Shown here piece by piece: positions 1-10,189 of a stretch of 64,000 nucleotides of DNA. The stretch is from Takakia lepidozioides (taxonomy: Eukaryota > Plantae > Bryophyta). A program made the position numbers and the translations under genes. The first letter of the stretch is position 1, and each line of letters starts with the position of its first letter. The stretch is taken from the NCBI GenBank assembly GCA_030704615.1, contig CM060732.1, positions 69,936,001 to 70,000,000 on the forward strand, written 5' to 3'. The notes under the pieces were generated by a model. That model saw only the letters and a list, made by a program, of their open reading frames with translations, searched no databases and was not told the DNA's origin.

Positions 1-403
1 GACGGAGAAGAAGAAAGCAGTCATCGATGTGCAAGTAGGCTGAGAAAGCTGCATGCACTGTGTGGCCTACCTACACAGCTGTGATTCAGCTGATAAACCC
101 TGTCTCATGGTCTCTGTACAGGCGAACCTGAATTGTATCCGACAGTTTCATTAGTAGTTTCAAAGGGAATCAAGAACATTGATGTCTTAGGTTATGGGTG
201 AGCATTCGGTGAGCTCGATGTAGTGGGTTCTGCCATTCTGGGCCATTGCCACGGCAAGGTCTCTGCAAAAATATTTACCTTGGACTGCAGCTTTGAACTT
301 TTTGGCAATATGAGAAGCACCTAAGAGGTTTTTGAGAGCATTGCTGCTTCTTCACGTGAAAGGGTGTGCTTTTGGCTGGATATTAGCCTTAAGTTAGACT
401 CAT

Positions 404-2080
404 TCCTAGTCAATATATGAAGGAAGGCAGTTTGTTTGTTTGTTTGTTTGTTTGTTAGCGTCGTTGAGATCTTCCAAACCGCGGGGCCATAGCCCTGGTG
501 CTTGGTGCTGTTGAAAAGCCCTTGATGAGGAGTGACGCACCGGCTTGGTCTCATGATTTTTGAACCCGCAGTGTGGGAGACATGGAATTTCAAGTACTTT
601 TGGTCCCTGGAAATTCGGGAAAAATAGCAAAGTGGGCTTTCCTGGAGCATTGATTGGTCCTTCATGTGGGAAATTTGGAATTTCAAGTACTTTTAGTTGT
701 TGGAGATTCGCAAAAAATAGCAAAGTGAATATATCAATATACAAAGCCTCGACATGGAAGATAGTAAAAAAAACAAAGTAAGCTTTGTTGGAACAATGAT
801 GCCCAGATCTTCCAACGGATGCATAGGGTATTTGCACTTAAATGACATTGGACACTAGAGGGCCTTTACTTAGGAGAAGCATTTGGATACATAGGAGATT
901 GCGTTGGGCTTAGATTTCAATTCTTTACACATGGGCCTCGACAAAGGAGACGCACTTGGACTTAGATGACACTGGACACGTGGGCCAACGGTACATGCTA
1001 CCCTAGTCAATATACGAAGCAAAACGTTTGTTTGTTTGTTTGTTTGGTTTTTGGTTTTGTTTTGTTTTGCTTTGTCACTTTGAGATGTTCCAAACCGCGA
1101 GGCCCCGCCGCGGTGCATGGAACCATTGAAAGCCCTAGATGAGGAGGGTACACGGCTTGATCTCATAATTTTTGGACCTGCGGTGTGGGAGATGTGGAAT
1201 TTCAAGTACTTTTGGTCGTTGAAAATTCATGAAAAATAGCAAGATCTTGCAGCGTATCGTTGTAGTTGTAATGGGCCTTCAAAGGTGGGACAAGGGAAAG
1301 GTCTCTGGTTCAAATCTGGTCGTAGGCTTTGTGGAAAAAAAATGATGAGATATGGCTGAAACGAAATTTCAAGTACTTTTGGTCGTTGGACAATGATTGG
1401 AGCCTCTACAAGAGAGATATCAAGAGAAAGGTCTCCGGTTCAAATCTGGTCTTAGGCTTTGTGGAAAAAACATGATGAGATATGGCTAAAACAAATTTCA
1501 CGTACTTTTGGTCGCTGGACAATGATTGGGGCCTCGACAAGAGAGATATCAAAGGAAAGGTCTTCGGTTCAAATCTGGTCGTGGGAAAAAAATGATTAGA
1601 TATGGCTTGCTTCATATATTGATGCACTTGGACTTAGATGATATTGGACATTTGGGCCAACGACACAGGCTACCCTAGTCAATATATGAAGCGAGATAGT
1701 TAGTTTATTCTGTTTTGTTTTGTAGCGTTGAGATATCCTGAACTGCAGGCCAGCCTTGGTGCTTCGTACCGTTGGAAAGCCCTCGATGAGGAGGGGTGCA
1801 CCGGTTTGGTCTCATGATTTTTGGACCTGCGGTGTGGGAGATGTCAAATTTCAAGTACTTTTGGTCGTTGGAAATTCGTGAAAAATAGCAAAGTGGGCTT
1901 TCTTGGGACAATGATTGGAGCCTCGACAGGAGATATATCAATAATGATTGGTTATAATACTACTCAATAAATTGATGGAAGAAAATAAATTGGGTCTTGC
2001 ACACATAGGAGACGTACTTGGATGCTTAGGAGATTGCACTTGGGCTTATATGACATTGGACACTTGGGCCTCTACATGGG
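404..2080. repeat. Degenerate tandem/dispersed repeat array (about 600-670 bp units with sub-repeats), resuming at 3246-3350
   Basis: Block CCTAGTCAATATAYGAAG + (GTTT)n ... TTTTGGACCTGCGGTGTGGGAGA ... AATTTCAAGTACTTTTGGTC recurs at ~404, ~1001 and ~1672. GACATTGGACAC and CACTTGGGCTTAGAT motifs recur between the blocks. Confidence 0.8.
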
Positions 2081-3245
2081 GGAATGCCTCCGCGTGAGCC
2101 TGGCCATGTGAGCACGTGAGCGCAGCCGGGCTCACGCCACGTCGGTTCTCGCCAGCATAGTTCAACGCCACGTCATTCTCGTAGGCACGGACCTATAACC
2201 GCGGACAGAACAGCGTGAAGGGGCCCTATAGCCACGGACTTGAGCATTCGGCACATAGGGAACCATATTTGGGCGATGAGAACGAATGAATGTTATTGAA
2301 TAATTGTGTTTGAGACCGAATATAGAAGAATGGTTGTGGATGAATTAATGAGGGTGAAGAAGAATCAATGTGGATGACACGCTCAAAATATGGATGAACA
2401 TGGATGAAATCTTACGGATGAATGATAATGGCTGAATATTAGACGACAAATTAAGGATAAGAAGAAGTGTGCAACTTTCTTTCACCATGGGTTCATAAAT
2501 AGAAGAATATAATACCCAACCCTTCTTCCAATAGCAGCCGAACCTCTCTGCCTTCCGTCCACACCAAAGCCGAGATCTCACCGGGCGAGTGCACTGAAAA
2601 GACATTACAGATTATAGATTTTATTTTTATTTTTGTTTTTTTTCCCTCTGGCTGGTTGGAAAAATAGTGTGCGGCGCCGTACACCCTTTCTGCCCATTAG
2701 AAAAACACCGAATTTGGGACCCGAAAACAGTGTGTGCCGCACACTATTTTGGGGTCCAACCCAAAAAAAAAAAAAAAAAAAAAAAAAACTGGTTGATTGG
2801 AAAAACAGTGTGCGGCACCGCACACCCTTTCTGCCCACTGAAAAACACCGAATTCGGCACCCCATCAAGCTCATGGAGGGGTCTCGAATTCGGTCTTTTT
2901 CAATGGGCAGAAAGGGTGTGCCTTTTGGATGGGACAGAAACGATGTGCTTCGAAGCACACCATTTCTGCTATGTATGTAATCCATTTCAAGTACCCCCCA
3001 TGCTTTCAGTTGTTGTCTGAAGAGACCTCAAAAAAAACCTTTTGGATAGGGCACAAACGGTGTGCTTCGAAGCACACCATTTTTGCTATATTTTCAATCC
3101 TTTTCAAGGAGGCGCATCGCGGTGGATTCTTGCTTAAGAAGTCGGCATGACCGTACGCTCACGCCACATCAGCTGGTATGAGCGTAGGCTCACGCCACGT
3201 CAGCATTGTACGTTCACACGTGACGCTCACGCCGTTGCGTCGTTG
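2081..3245. mobile_element. Non-autonomous DNA transposon (MULE-like) inserted in the repeat array
   Basis: Direct duplication CTCTACATGGG at 2070-2080 and 3246-3256, and the flanks rejoin into the array motif. Both ends carry GTGAGC/GCTCACGCCAC motifs. There is no credible ORF. Confidence 0.7.
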
Positions 3246-3419
3246 CTCTACATGGGAGATGCACTTGGATACATGAATAGAAGATTACACTTGGGCTTAG
3301 ATTACACTTGGGCTTAGATTGGCATTGATATAGGAGACACACTGGGATAAATAGAAAAACACAGGAAAAATGAGGTTGGCAAAATTGTACTTGTATATAA
3401 TGACTCAGAGAAGCGTATC

Positions 3420-3472
3420 GGCTGGGTAGCTCAACTGGTGAGTGCACAGTGTGACGCCTTGGTGGTTCGAGG
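3420..3472 (+). other. tRNA-like Pol III promoter remnant (SINE head or tRNA pseudogene), cut off by an LTR
   Basis: A-box-like TAGCTCAACTGG (3427-3438) and B-box-like GGTTCGA (3464-3470), followed immediately by the LTR start TGTCAC at 3473. Confidence 0.4.
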
Positions 3473-5205
3473 TGTCACGGACATAGCCCATAGCAACTTA
3501 TCAGGAGTAAATACTAGAAGTTACCAAATTACCATGTTATCAAAAGTTACCATGATTTATTGTGATTTATCATAAGTTATCATTAGTTATCAAATTACCG
3601 GAAGTTTACCAAATTCCTAGTTATCATTCCTGACGTGACGTGGTGATGACACGTCGACCGTCACGTCCAACGTGCGTCACGTCATATCGAATCCGGACGT
3701 TTCCCATGTAATTTTTTTTACATTTGACTTTTACGATTTACTTCTATCCTTTCTAATGACATGGCAGCCACGGTGTAAAACAGACGTGGCCAATTATTAA
3801 TATTTATTAATTCGTTTTAAAAAATGTGTCCGCCTATATTGGCGGTCGCATAAAATTTATTATTTTTTAAATGAAGCGACCGCCAATATGGGCGGTCGCT
3901 TCTAATTTAATATTTTGTTAAATTAAGTGACTACCTATATTGGCGGTCGCCGGTAATTTATTAATTTTTAAATAAAGCAACCGCCCATATTGGCGGTCGC
4001 TTGTATTTTATTATATTTTAAAATAATTGACCGCCTATATTGGCGGTCAGTTGAAGTTTATTATGTTGTAAATGAAGCGAACGCCCAAATTGGGGGTCGC
4101 TTGCACTTTATTATATTAATATTATATTTTTTAATATATTTTATAAAAATACAGCAACCGCCAATACAGCGACCGGCTGGCGGTTGCTCTTATTTCAAAT
4201 AATATTAAATTTAAGCAACCGTCAGTTTGGCGGTCCTAAAATTATTTTATTTTAAAATAAGCGACCACCGGTGTGGCGGTTGCTTTTATTTTCATATGTC
4301 GCTTGTTTTTCTATATATTTTTGAAATTATCCGACCGCCAGATGGCGGTCGCTTGTTCTGTATATATTTGTAAAATTGTACGACCGCCAATACGCTAGTC
4401 GCTTGTTTTCTTTTTTAAATTAGGCGACCGCCAATGCGACCGCCAATCTTGCTTTTGTTTAAAAATAAATTGACCGCTATTTCTTTTTTTATTTCGAAAA
4501 ATAAAGCGACCGCCAGTGCAACCACCAATCTTGTTTTTTTTAAGCGACCGCCAATACGGGGATCGTTATTTCTTTTTTAATTTCGAAAAACAAAGCTACC
4601 GTCATAATTGACAGTCGCGTTCATTTTGTTAATTTTTAAAATGTATTTATCAGCGCCACCGTGTCGGCGACATGGATGCTTAAGTGGAAGTATTTTATCT
4701 GGTACTATTTTTATCAGAATATTCCCCGAACCTGACGGACAAACGGACGTGACCCTGATAACCAGGGCCAAATTACTTGGGAAAGTACTCAGGGAGCTTC
4801 ATTTTGATGAAACTTCTCCATCAAAATACCTCTTTTGCTTAAGGAAACTTTTCCATCAAGAATCCTCAATTGGGGAAGCTTCTTAGGGAACTTTCAAGTA
4901 ACTAGTATACATAGAAGGTGAGACTAGACACTCCTCAGTCTCACCAACACAAGTTCAAGCTACTCTTTTTTCCAGTCCTAGTACTCTACTCCAGTTTCCA
5001 GTATCTGGTACTTCAGTCTAGTTTTCAACATTCCAGTATTCAAGTCGAGTTCTAGTATCTTGTACTCTTGTCCATTGTTGTAAAGATCATCTTGATTAAT
5101 GTTTATCCATCATGCATTCGGCCACGCCGACCTTGACTTCTTGTCTAGTCTTGTATATCTAGTCTGATCTCTTGTTTATGTTCAGTCATGTTCTCGTCCT
5201 TGACA
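3473..5205 (+). mobile_element. 5' LTR (~1.73 kb) of a Tcn1/Tf1-Sushi-like chromovirus
   Basis: Termini TGTCACGGAC...GTCCTTGACA form a 9/10 inverted match. Followed by a PBS-position sequence and a gag remnant. Confidence 0.8.
3828..4560. repeat. Array of palindromic GCGACCGCC-N6-GGCGGTCGC units with AT-rich spacers inside the LTR
   Basis: Palindromes at ~3828, 3876, 3927, 3977, 4029 and 4077 (period ~50 bp), then half-sites GCGACCGCCA up to ~4555. Confidence 0.85.
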
Positions 5206-5207
5206 AT

Positions 5208-5218
5208 TTGGCGAGACT
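5208..5218 (+). promoter_or_regulatory. Putative self-priming primer-binding site
   Basis: TTGGCGAGACT is complementary (10/11) to AGTCTCACCAA at 4937-4947, about 30 bp downstream of a TATA-like TATACATA in the LTR. Confidence 0.55.
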
Positions 5219-5264
5219 AAAGTTTGTTTCGTAGTTAGTTAAGATAAAAAACACATTTGCAGAA

Positions 5265-5890
5265 ATGGTTGCCACCTGGCAGAGTCTTCAGCTCCAGATG
5301 CAAGAACTTTATGCCTCTACCGCCCAATTACAAACTGATCAGTCTCAAGATCTTAGCAACGCTCTCCACAATTTGCAACAACAAATTTTAGAGTTAAAGA
5401 AGTCGAACAATGGATCTTCAATCATACGAGTCTTACTGCAACAGCTCCTACTGCAACGGTTCATCTTCAACAGATCACGAGGGAACCAAATATCAGCGTG
5501 CCCGAGAAATTTGATGGGACGAGATCAAGATTTCGTGGTTTTTGTTCAACAAGTACGATTGTTTCTATGACTACATCCACAACGCTATCCCGATTAAGGT
5601 ATTCAAGTGGGATCAAACATTGTCTTATCTTGGTTGCACCGCTATTAGAATTACTATACATTTTGAAGCGTTCATGTCCGAGTTCATTGCAACGTTTGGA
5701 GAGAATAATAAAGAAAGAGAGTTGCAGAGACAAAGATGCGAAATCTTTGACAAAGAGCACGTCCTGCTTCCGTTTATGTTGCCGAATTTCGACAACTTGC
5801 GTGCGACCTCGACTGGAATGAGAAGAGCCTCATTAATCAGTTTTGATGTGGGCTAAAAGATGATGTAAAAGATTTGTTGCTGACAACGAT
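5265..5890 (+). pseudogene. Frameshifted chromovirus gag (PEG10/Sushi-like capsid) fragment
   Basis: Pieces across frames: PEKFDGTRSRFRGF/VQQVRLFL, FEAFMSEFIATFGE, AEFRQLACDLDWNE, GLKDDVKDLL. Confidence 0.8.
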
Positions 5891-6239
5891 ACACGCTAAG
5901 GAGGGAGGAGCACCACACATCAGTATATATAGCTACACTTTCAGCACTCATTGCATCTTGTATTGGCAGCATGGAGTCATAGGAAGCGGATACATTGAAG
6001 CTGTCGCTTACCCAACTACCAGACCAGTCGTTCCGACTCTCACAACCTTATATATCACGTTGACGCCCTCGACGTGGGCCACCAAGGCGACGCGTACTTC
6101 CTCATCTGGATCCCGTACGACGGCGAGTGGAGCATATTCGAAGTCTAATAATCATGTTGGAGGTTAAGGCTTCGAACTTAGAGGGTAACGAAATCATGTT
6201 TGAATGCAACTTCGAAAATCAGAATGCTCAAATCACTGC

Positions 6240-6414
6240 GTGGGAGCGGAGGATTTGGATCGGCATGATCCCATTGATTTGGTGATAGGAGGGTGGCCTT
6301 GCCAAAGACATTCTCCCACAGGTCATGGTAATGGTTTGCAAGATGCACGACCGCATCTGTTTTGGGAGATGCTGCGAGTGTTGCGTGACTTGCCGGTGAG
6401 GCAAGTGCAATCTC
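6240..6414 (+). pseudogene. C5-cytosine DNA methyltransferase fragment (catalytic motif IV-V), DNMT3-like
   Basis: VGAEDLDRHDPIDLVIGGWPCQ...GLQDARPHLFWEMLRVL matches the DLxxGGxPCQ motif and the following LFxE helix of DNMT3/DRM-type enzymes. Confidence 0.85.
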
Positions 6415-7375
6415 GGGTCATGGGGCTACCACAGTAATAGGCCTTCCCTTGTATAACCGTGGACAAATTTGACCATTTCATGATGACGGACAGTCCATTT
6501 CCGAGAAGTCGGCACAGACTTCGGCTGCCTATTTTATACCTGCTATCTATTATGTAAGTTTAATATGTATGTATTTAATGTTATGAGCTTTTTAATTTTC
6601 CAGAAGTTGCAGTTGAGAAGTCTGCACAGACTTGTCGAATGTCATACTGTTATATACTACAAGTCTGCACAGACTTACCGATTCCCATCCCACCATGAAA
6701 TGCTATCGGCATGACTTTCCAGCTTCAAGCACACTACCTCGGTGAACGTCATAAAATAGGAAAATACCAAAAAAAAAATTGATCTTGCAATTTCTGAACA
6801 AGGAGCAAAAACAAACTAGAAGAACATTCGGAAAGTCAGAGACCGCTCATCGGTAAGTCGACACAAACTTGCAAAATAGTACAAGATCCTTTCTGACAAG
6901 TGGCAATAGACGTATGGAATGAATTTAACTGTTTTTTAAAGAATGATCAGTGGAACGAAAAGCGGTGCATCCAGAACATAAGGTGATATCGCAGGCAAAT
7001 GCTCCTCATCTTCCCTCGCAGAAGGACGCCTCTGATATGTTATTTCAACCATACGCAGGGATCATTGCGAAGGATTGCACTGACCTCGTTCATACTCAAA
7101 GTAGGATAATTACTTGTGGGGCTGTCAGCACTACAGCGGAGATGCCGAAGAAAAATCCAGTATATGTGATTGCAGTGGGTGTACCCTTCCTTGCAGATTA
7201 CGCATCTTCACAAAGTCGGGACATGTGCACTCCGAGTAAATGCCAATTGAGACGTAATAAACCATCCCATTGGTTGTTGAGCCTGAAGTACTGATGGTGT
7301 ACACTCTTCCCATCCCCGGTCGAGGAACATCACGGAAGTTCTGAACAATACCTCGCTTACCATGCAACATTCACA
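6415..7375 (-). mobile_element. Left arm of an unclassified DNA transposon ('element X') with a SWIM zinc-finger exon remnant at ~7070-7370
   Basis: Starts GGGTCATGG directly after the DNMT fragment. Motif AAGTCKGCACAGACTT at 6506, 6618 and 6661. The minus strand reads YYVSIGIYSECTCPDF and, after a frameshift, HCNHIYWIF (SWIM CxC...CxH). Confidence 0.6.
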
Positions 7376-7549
7376 TAATATTTGGTGTGCTGACCCTTTC
7401 TGTATGTTTAGGGTTGTGTACGTTGCGGAAGATCAAGAGGCAGACCCATTGTGAACCGCTACAGACCTCATCACTCTTATGAAGTCTTCTCGTGCAGAAC
7501 TGAGCGGAATTTGCATGCTCTGACCATCTTACATTGTGCATTCCAACAG

Positions 7550-9470
7550 TTCTCATTGTACACGTTGATGGTCTTCGACAAGTGGTTGAACGGTATACCA
7601 ATTGCCTATATCCTATCCGCGAGGAATCGGACAAGAGACCTGGTTCCGTGGATGAGAGCCTTGCGCGATTCACTCATCGCAGATTTCCCGAGCTGGCGAC
7701 CCAATGCCTTCATTGTAGACGATGCCGAAGCAGAAATCAACGCTATTCGGTAAGTCTGTTGGTCCACAGCACCGGTCCATTGTCGAAGTCCACTGCAGTA
7801 GTCCATTGCTACAGTCCACTGGCAGACTCCTGTGGCGAAACCCGATGGCAGTTCGCTGGGCAAATCCGCTGGTAGTCCGCTGTCAAGTCCGGTCATCAGT
7901 CCCCTGGCAAGTCCGCTGGCAGTCCCCGGCAAGTCCGCTCGGCAGTCCGCTGCCAAGTCCACTCAGCAGTCCCTGGGGTCGGCCGTCCGCTGCCATGTCC
8001 ACTCGGCAGTCCCTGGGGCAGTCCGCTGCCCCAGTCCTAGCTAGGGGAAGTCCAATGGGGTTATTCCAGCACATCAACGTCATGGCATTGTACTGTCCAC
8101 TGGGTGAGTCCAGTGGCTCTGCCCGCTGATACAGGTCGCTGTTACAGTCCACTCCGGTAGTCCACCATTGCAGTCCGATCCCAAGACTCTAATGTGTACC
8201 ATGTGTATTGTGCAGAATTGTTTTTGAAGGAGTTTTCATTTTCTTCTGCCTTTGGCATGTCCGCAAGGCATGGGTGAAGCAATCATGCAAGAAAACAAAG
8301 GATCCGGTGACGGCTGTAAACTTGTTGAAGGATATGGGAGACCTCATGTACTGTAGAGGGGGACCACGCAATGAAAAAAGAGCGCTTTGGTGGGTTGCAA
8401 GGAGAATCCGTCGTATGAGGTCAAAATACCCGAAAGCACATGAATTTCTTGACTATATCAAACAGTACTGGAAGCCCAAAATAGCAATGTGGTGTACAAC
8501 AGCCCGCAATGTCCCTCATGCGAGCCAAGACACAAACGCAAGCATTGAGGCATACCATGGAAATCTGAAGGCAAGACTTGCCATGGGGAAAAGCAAGATG
8601 AGTGGTCGTAGAGTGGACTAGCTTATATGGGAACTCACTGGTCGTGTGCTAACACACTACTGGTACGCAATCCATTTGAAGACCCACGGGTTCATAAGAA
8701 ATGACAAACACGAAAAGTACATATCCAGTTCTATACTTGCGGCACGAGACATTCCTGCTGAGAGTGTTACTCTTCCCTTGGGTCCTGGTGAACCAGCCTA
8801 CGTTCTCAGCAGCAACCACCCCGGCACAACATACATTGTTTACAATCCTGATTGCGATTGGGCTTGTTGCACGTGCCCATGGGCAATGAAGGGAAACTTA
8901 TGCAAGCATCAGGTCCGTGTCCTGAAGATGCTTCACCGTGACCTGCAGGATGGCCTCCTTGTGCGCGCTTGTGGCACGGCGCTTGGAACCATTCATGGAG
9001 GATTACCTAACTTGCTCTTGGGCAATGGTGCCGGCGGCATCGATGAATCCAATCAGTTCATGGAAAGACATCCTCCGGACGACTTCCCCTACGACGAGGC
9101 ACCTCTGCAGGTCTCAGCCTCATTGGAACAAGAATTCGCGGACATACTTCGCATTGTAGATGATGACAAATACCTGGAGGCACATGCCCAATCTGCTCTT
9201 CATATGTGCAGAGGGCAGCTCGTTGATATCCTAGCAAAAAGTGCGGCTGGAATGTTGCACCCTGCGGCAGCGAAGGCTTTCCGTCCTCTGAACGACAACA
9301 ACAACATGTCTCTGAAAAGGAGACGAGATTTCGTGGAGGCCTGGAAAACCCGGCCTAGGGTTTTGCGGAGAACCAGCAAGAGGGTGTCTGCACCTGTACC
9401 TGCAGCACATATATACTCGAAAATTTGCAAGGTTTCAGGTCGTGTAGATGTCACGAAGAAGACAATATAA
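7550..9470 (+). pseudogene. MULE/MuDR transposase, 5'-truncated (exons 7550-7749 and 8216-9470)
   Basis: FSLYTLMVFD...GIPIAY, FIVDDAEAEINAI, CLWHVRKAW, DTNASIEAYHGNLK and SWIM CTCPWAMKGNLCKH. GT-AG intron 7750-8215 restores frame. In-frame TAG at 8619-8621. Confidence 0.85.
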
Positions 9471-9678
9471 GTCTGCAATGCCTCGAAAACAGACAAGGTT
9501 TCACGTCGTGTAGGTGTCACGGAGAAGACAATATAAGTCTGCAATTCCTCGAAAAGAGACAAGGTTTTATGTCGTGTAGGTGTCATGAAGAAGACAATAT
9601 AAGTCTGCAATTCCTCGAAAAGAGACAAGGTGACATGTCGTGTAGGTGTCATGAAGAAGACAATATAAGTCTACAATT
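9428..9678. repeat. 66-bp tandem repeat, about 4 copies, overlapping the transposase stop
   Basis: GTCGTGTAG at 9439, 9505, 9571 and 9637. Confidence 0.9.
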
Positions 9679-10189
9679 TCTTTTGGTAGCATTGTCCCTT
9701 TCTGAAATACAAGTCCGCAATGGACTAATGCACAGTCTCCCAACGGACTCCTCCAGTCTCCCAACTGACTCCCACACAGTCTCCCAAGCATAGTCTCCCA
9801 ACGGACTCACGCACAGTCTCCCAACAGAGTCACAGTCAACAGACTGCGAGCGCCAGTAAGCCAGTCTGCTGGTCAGTCTGCTGCCCACTCCAAAAGTCTG
9901 CTCACAACACTTCCACCTCATCCCTGCAACTTATGCCAATCCAGCGTCCCAGCGGACTCATGGACATGGTGCCTCCCAGACTAGGTACCAGACCAAGCAG
10001 TCCTAGCCTCGGCAGCGTACTGCTCGCACATTCAAGCTCAGCAGACTCGGGTGCACAGTGCATGGAAAAATTGACATCATTGTGTCCATTGAGTTTAGTG
10101 ACAACATTACAAAACATGCCAGCACCCACAGTACACAAAAATGCTCATCACCACTGGAATAGTACGCGAAAAGACTCGCATTTTTTATT

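Noticed and set aside
1-400. Possible host exon at the window start
   Set aside because: No frame gives a recognisable motif or convincing splice context.
3828-4560. CRISPR-like repeat-spacer appearance
   Set aside because: The spacers are low-complexity A/T and resemble each other, the repeats are degenerate, there are no cas genes, and the array lies in a eukaryotic LTR.
5890-6235. Continuation of gag or the DNMT N-terminus
   Set aside because: No DNMT motif I (FxGxG) or gag/protease motif is recognisable in any frame, so it is left unassigned.
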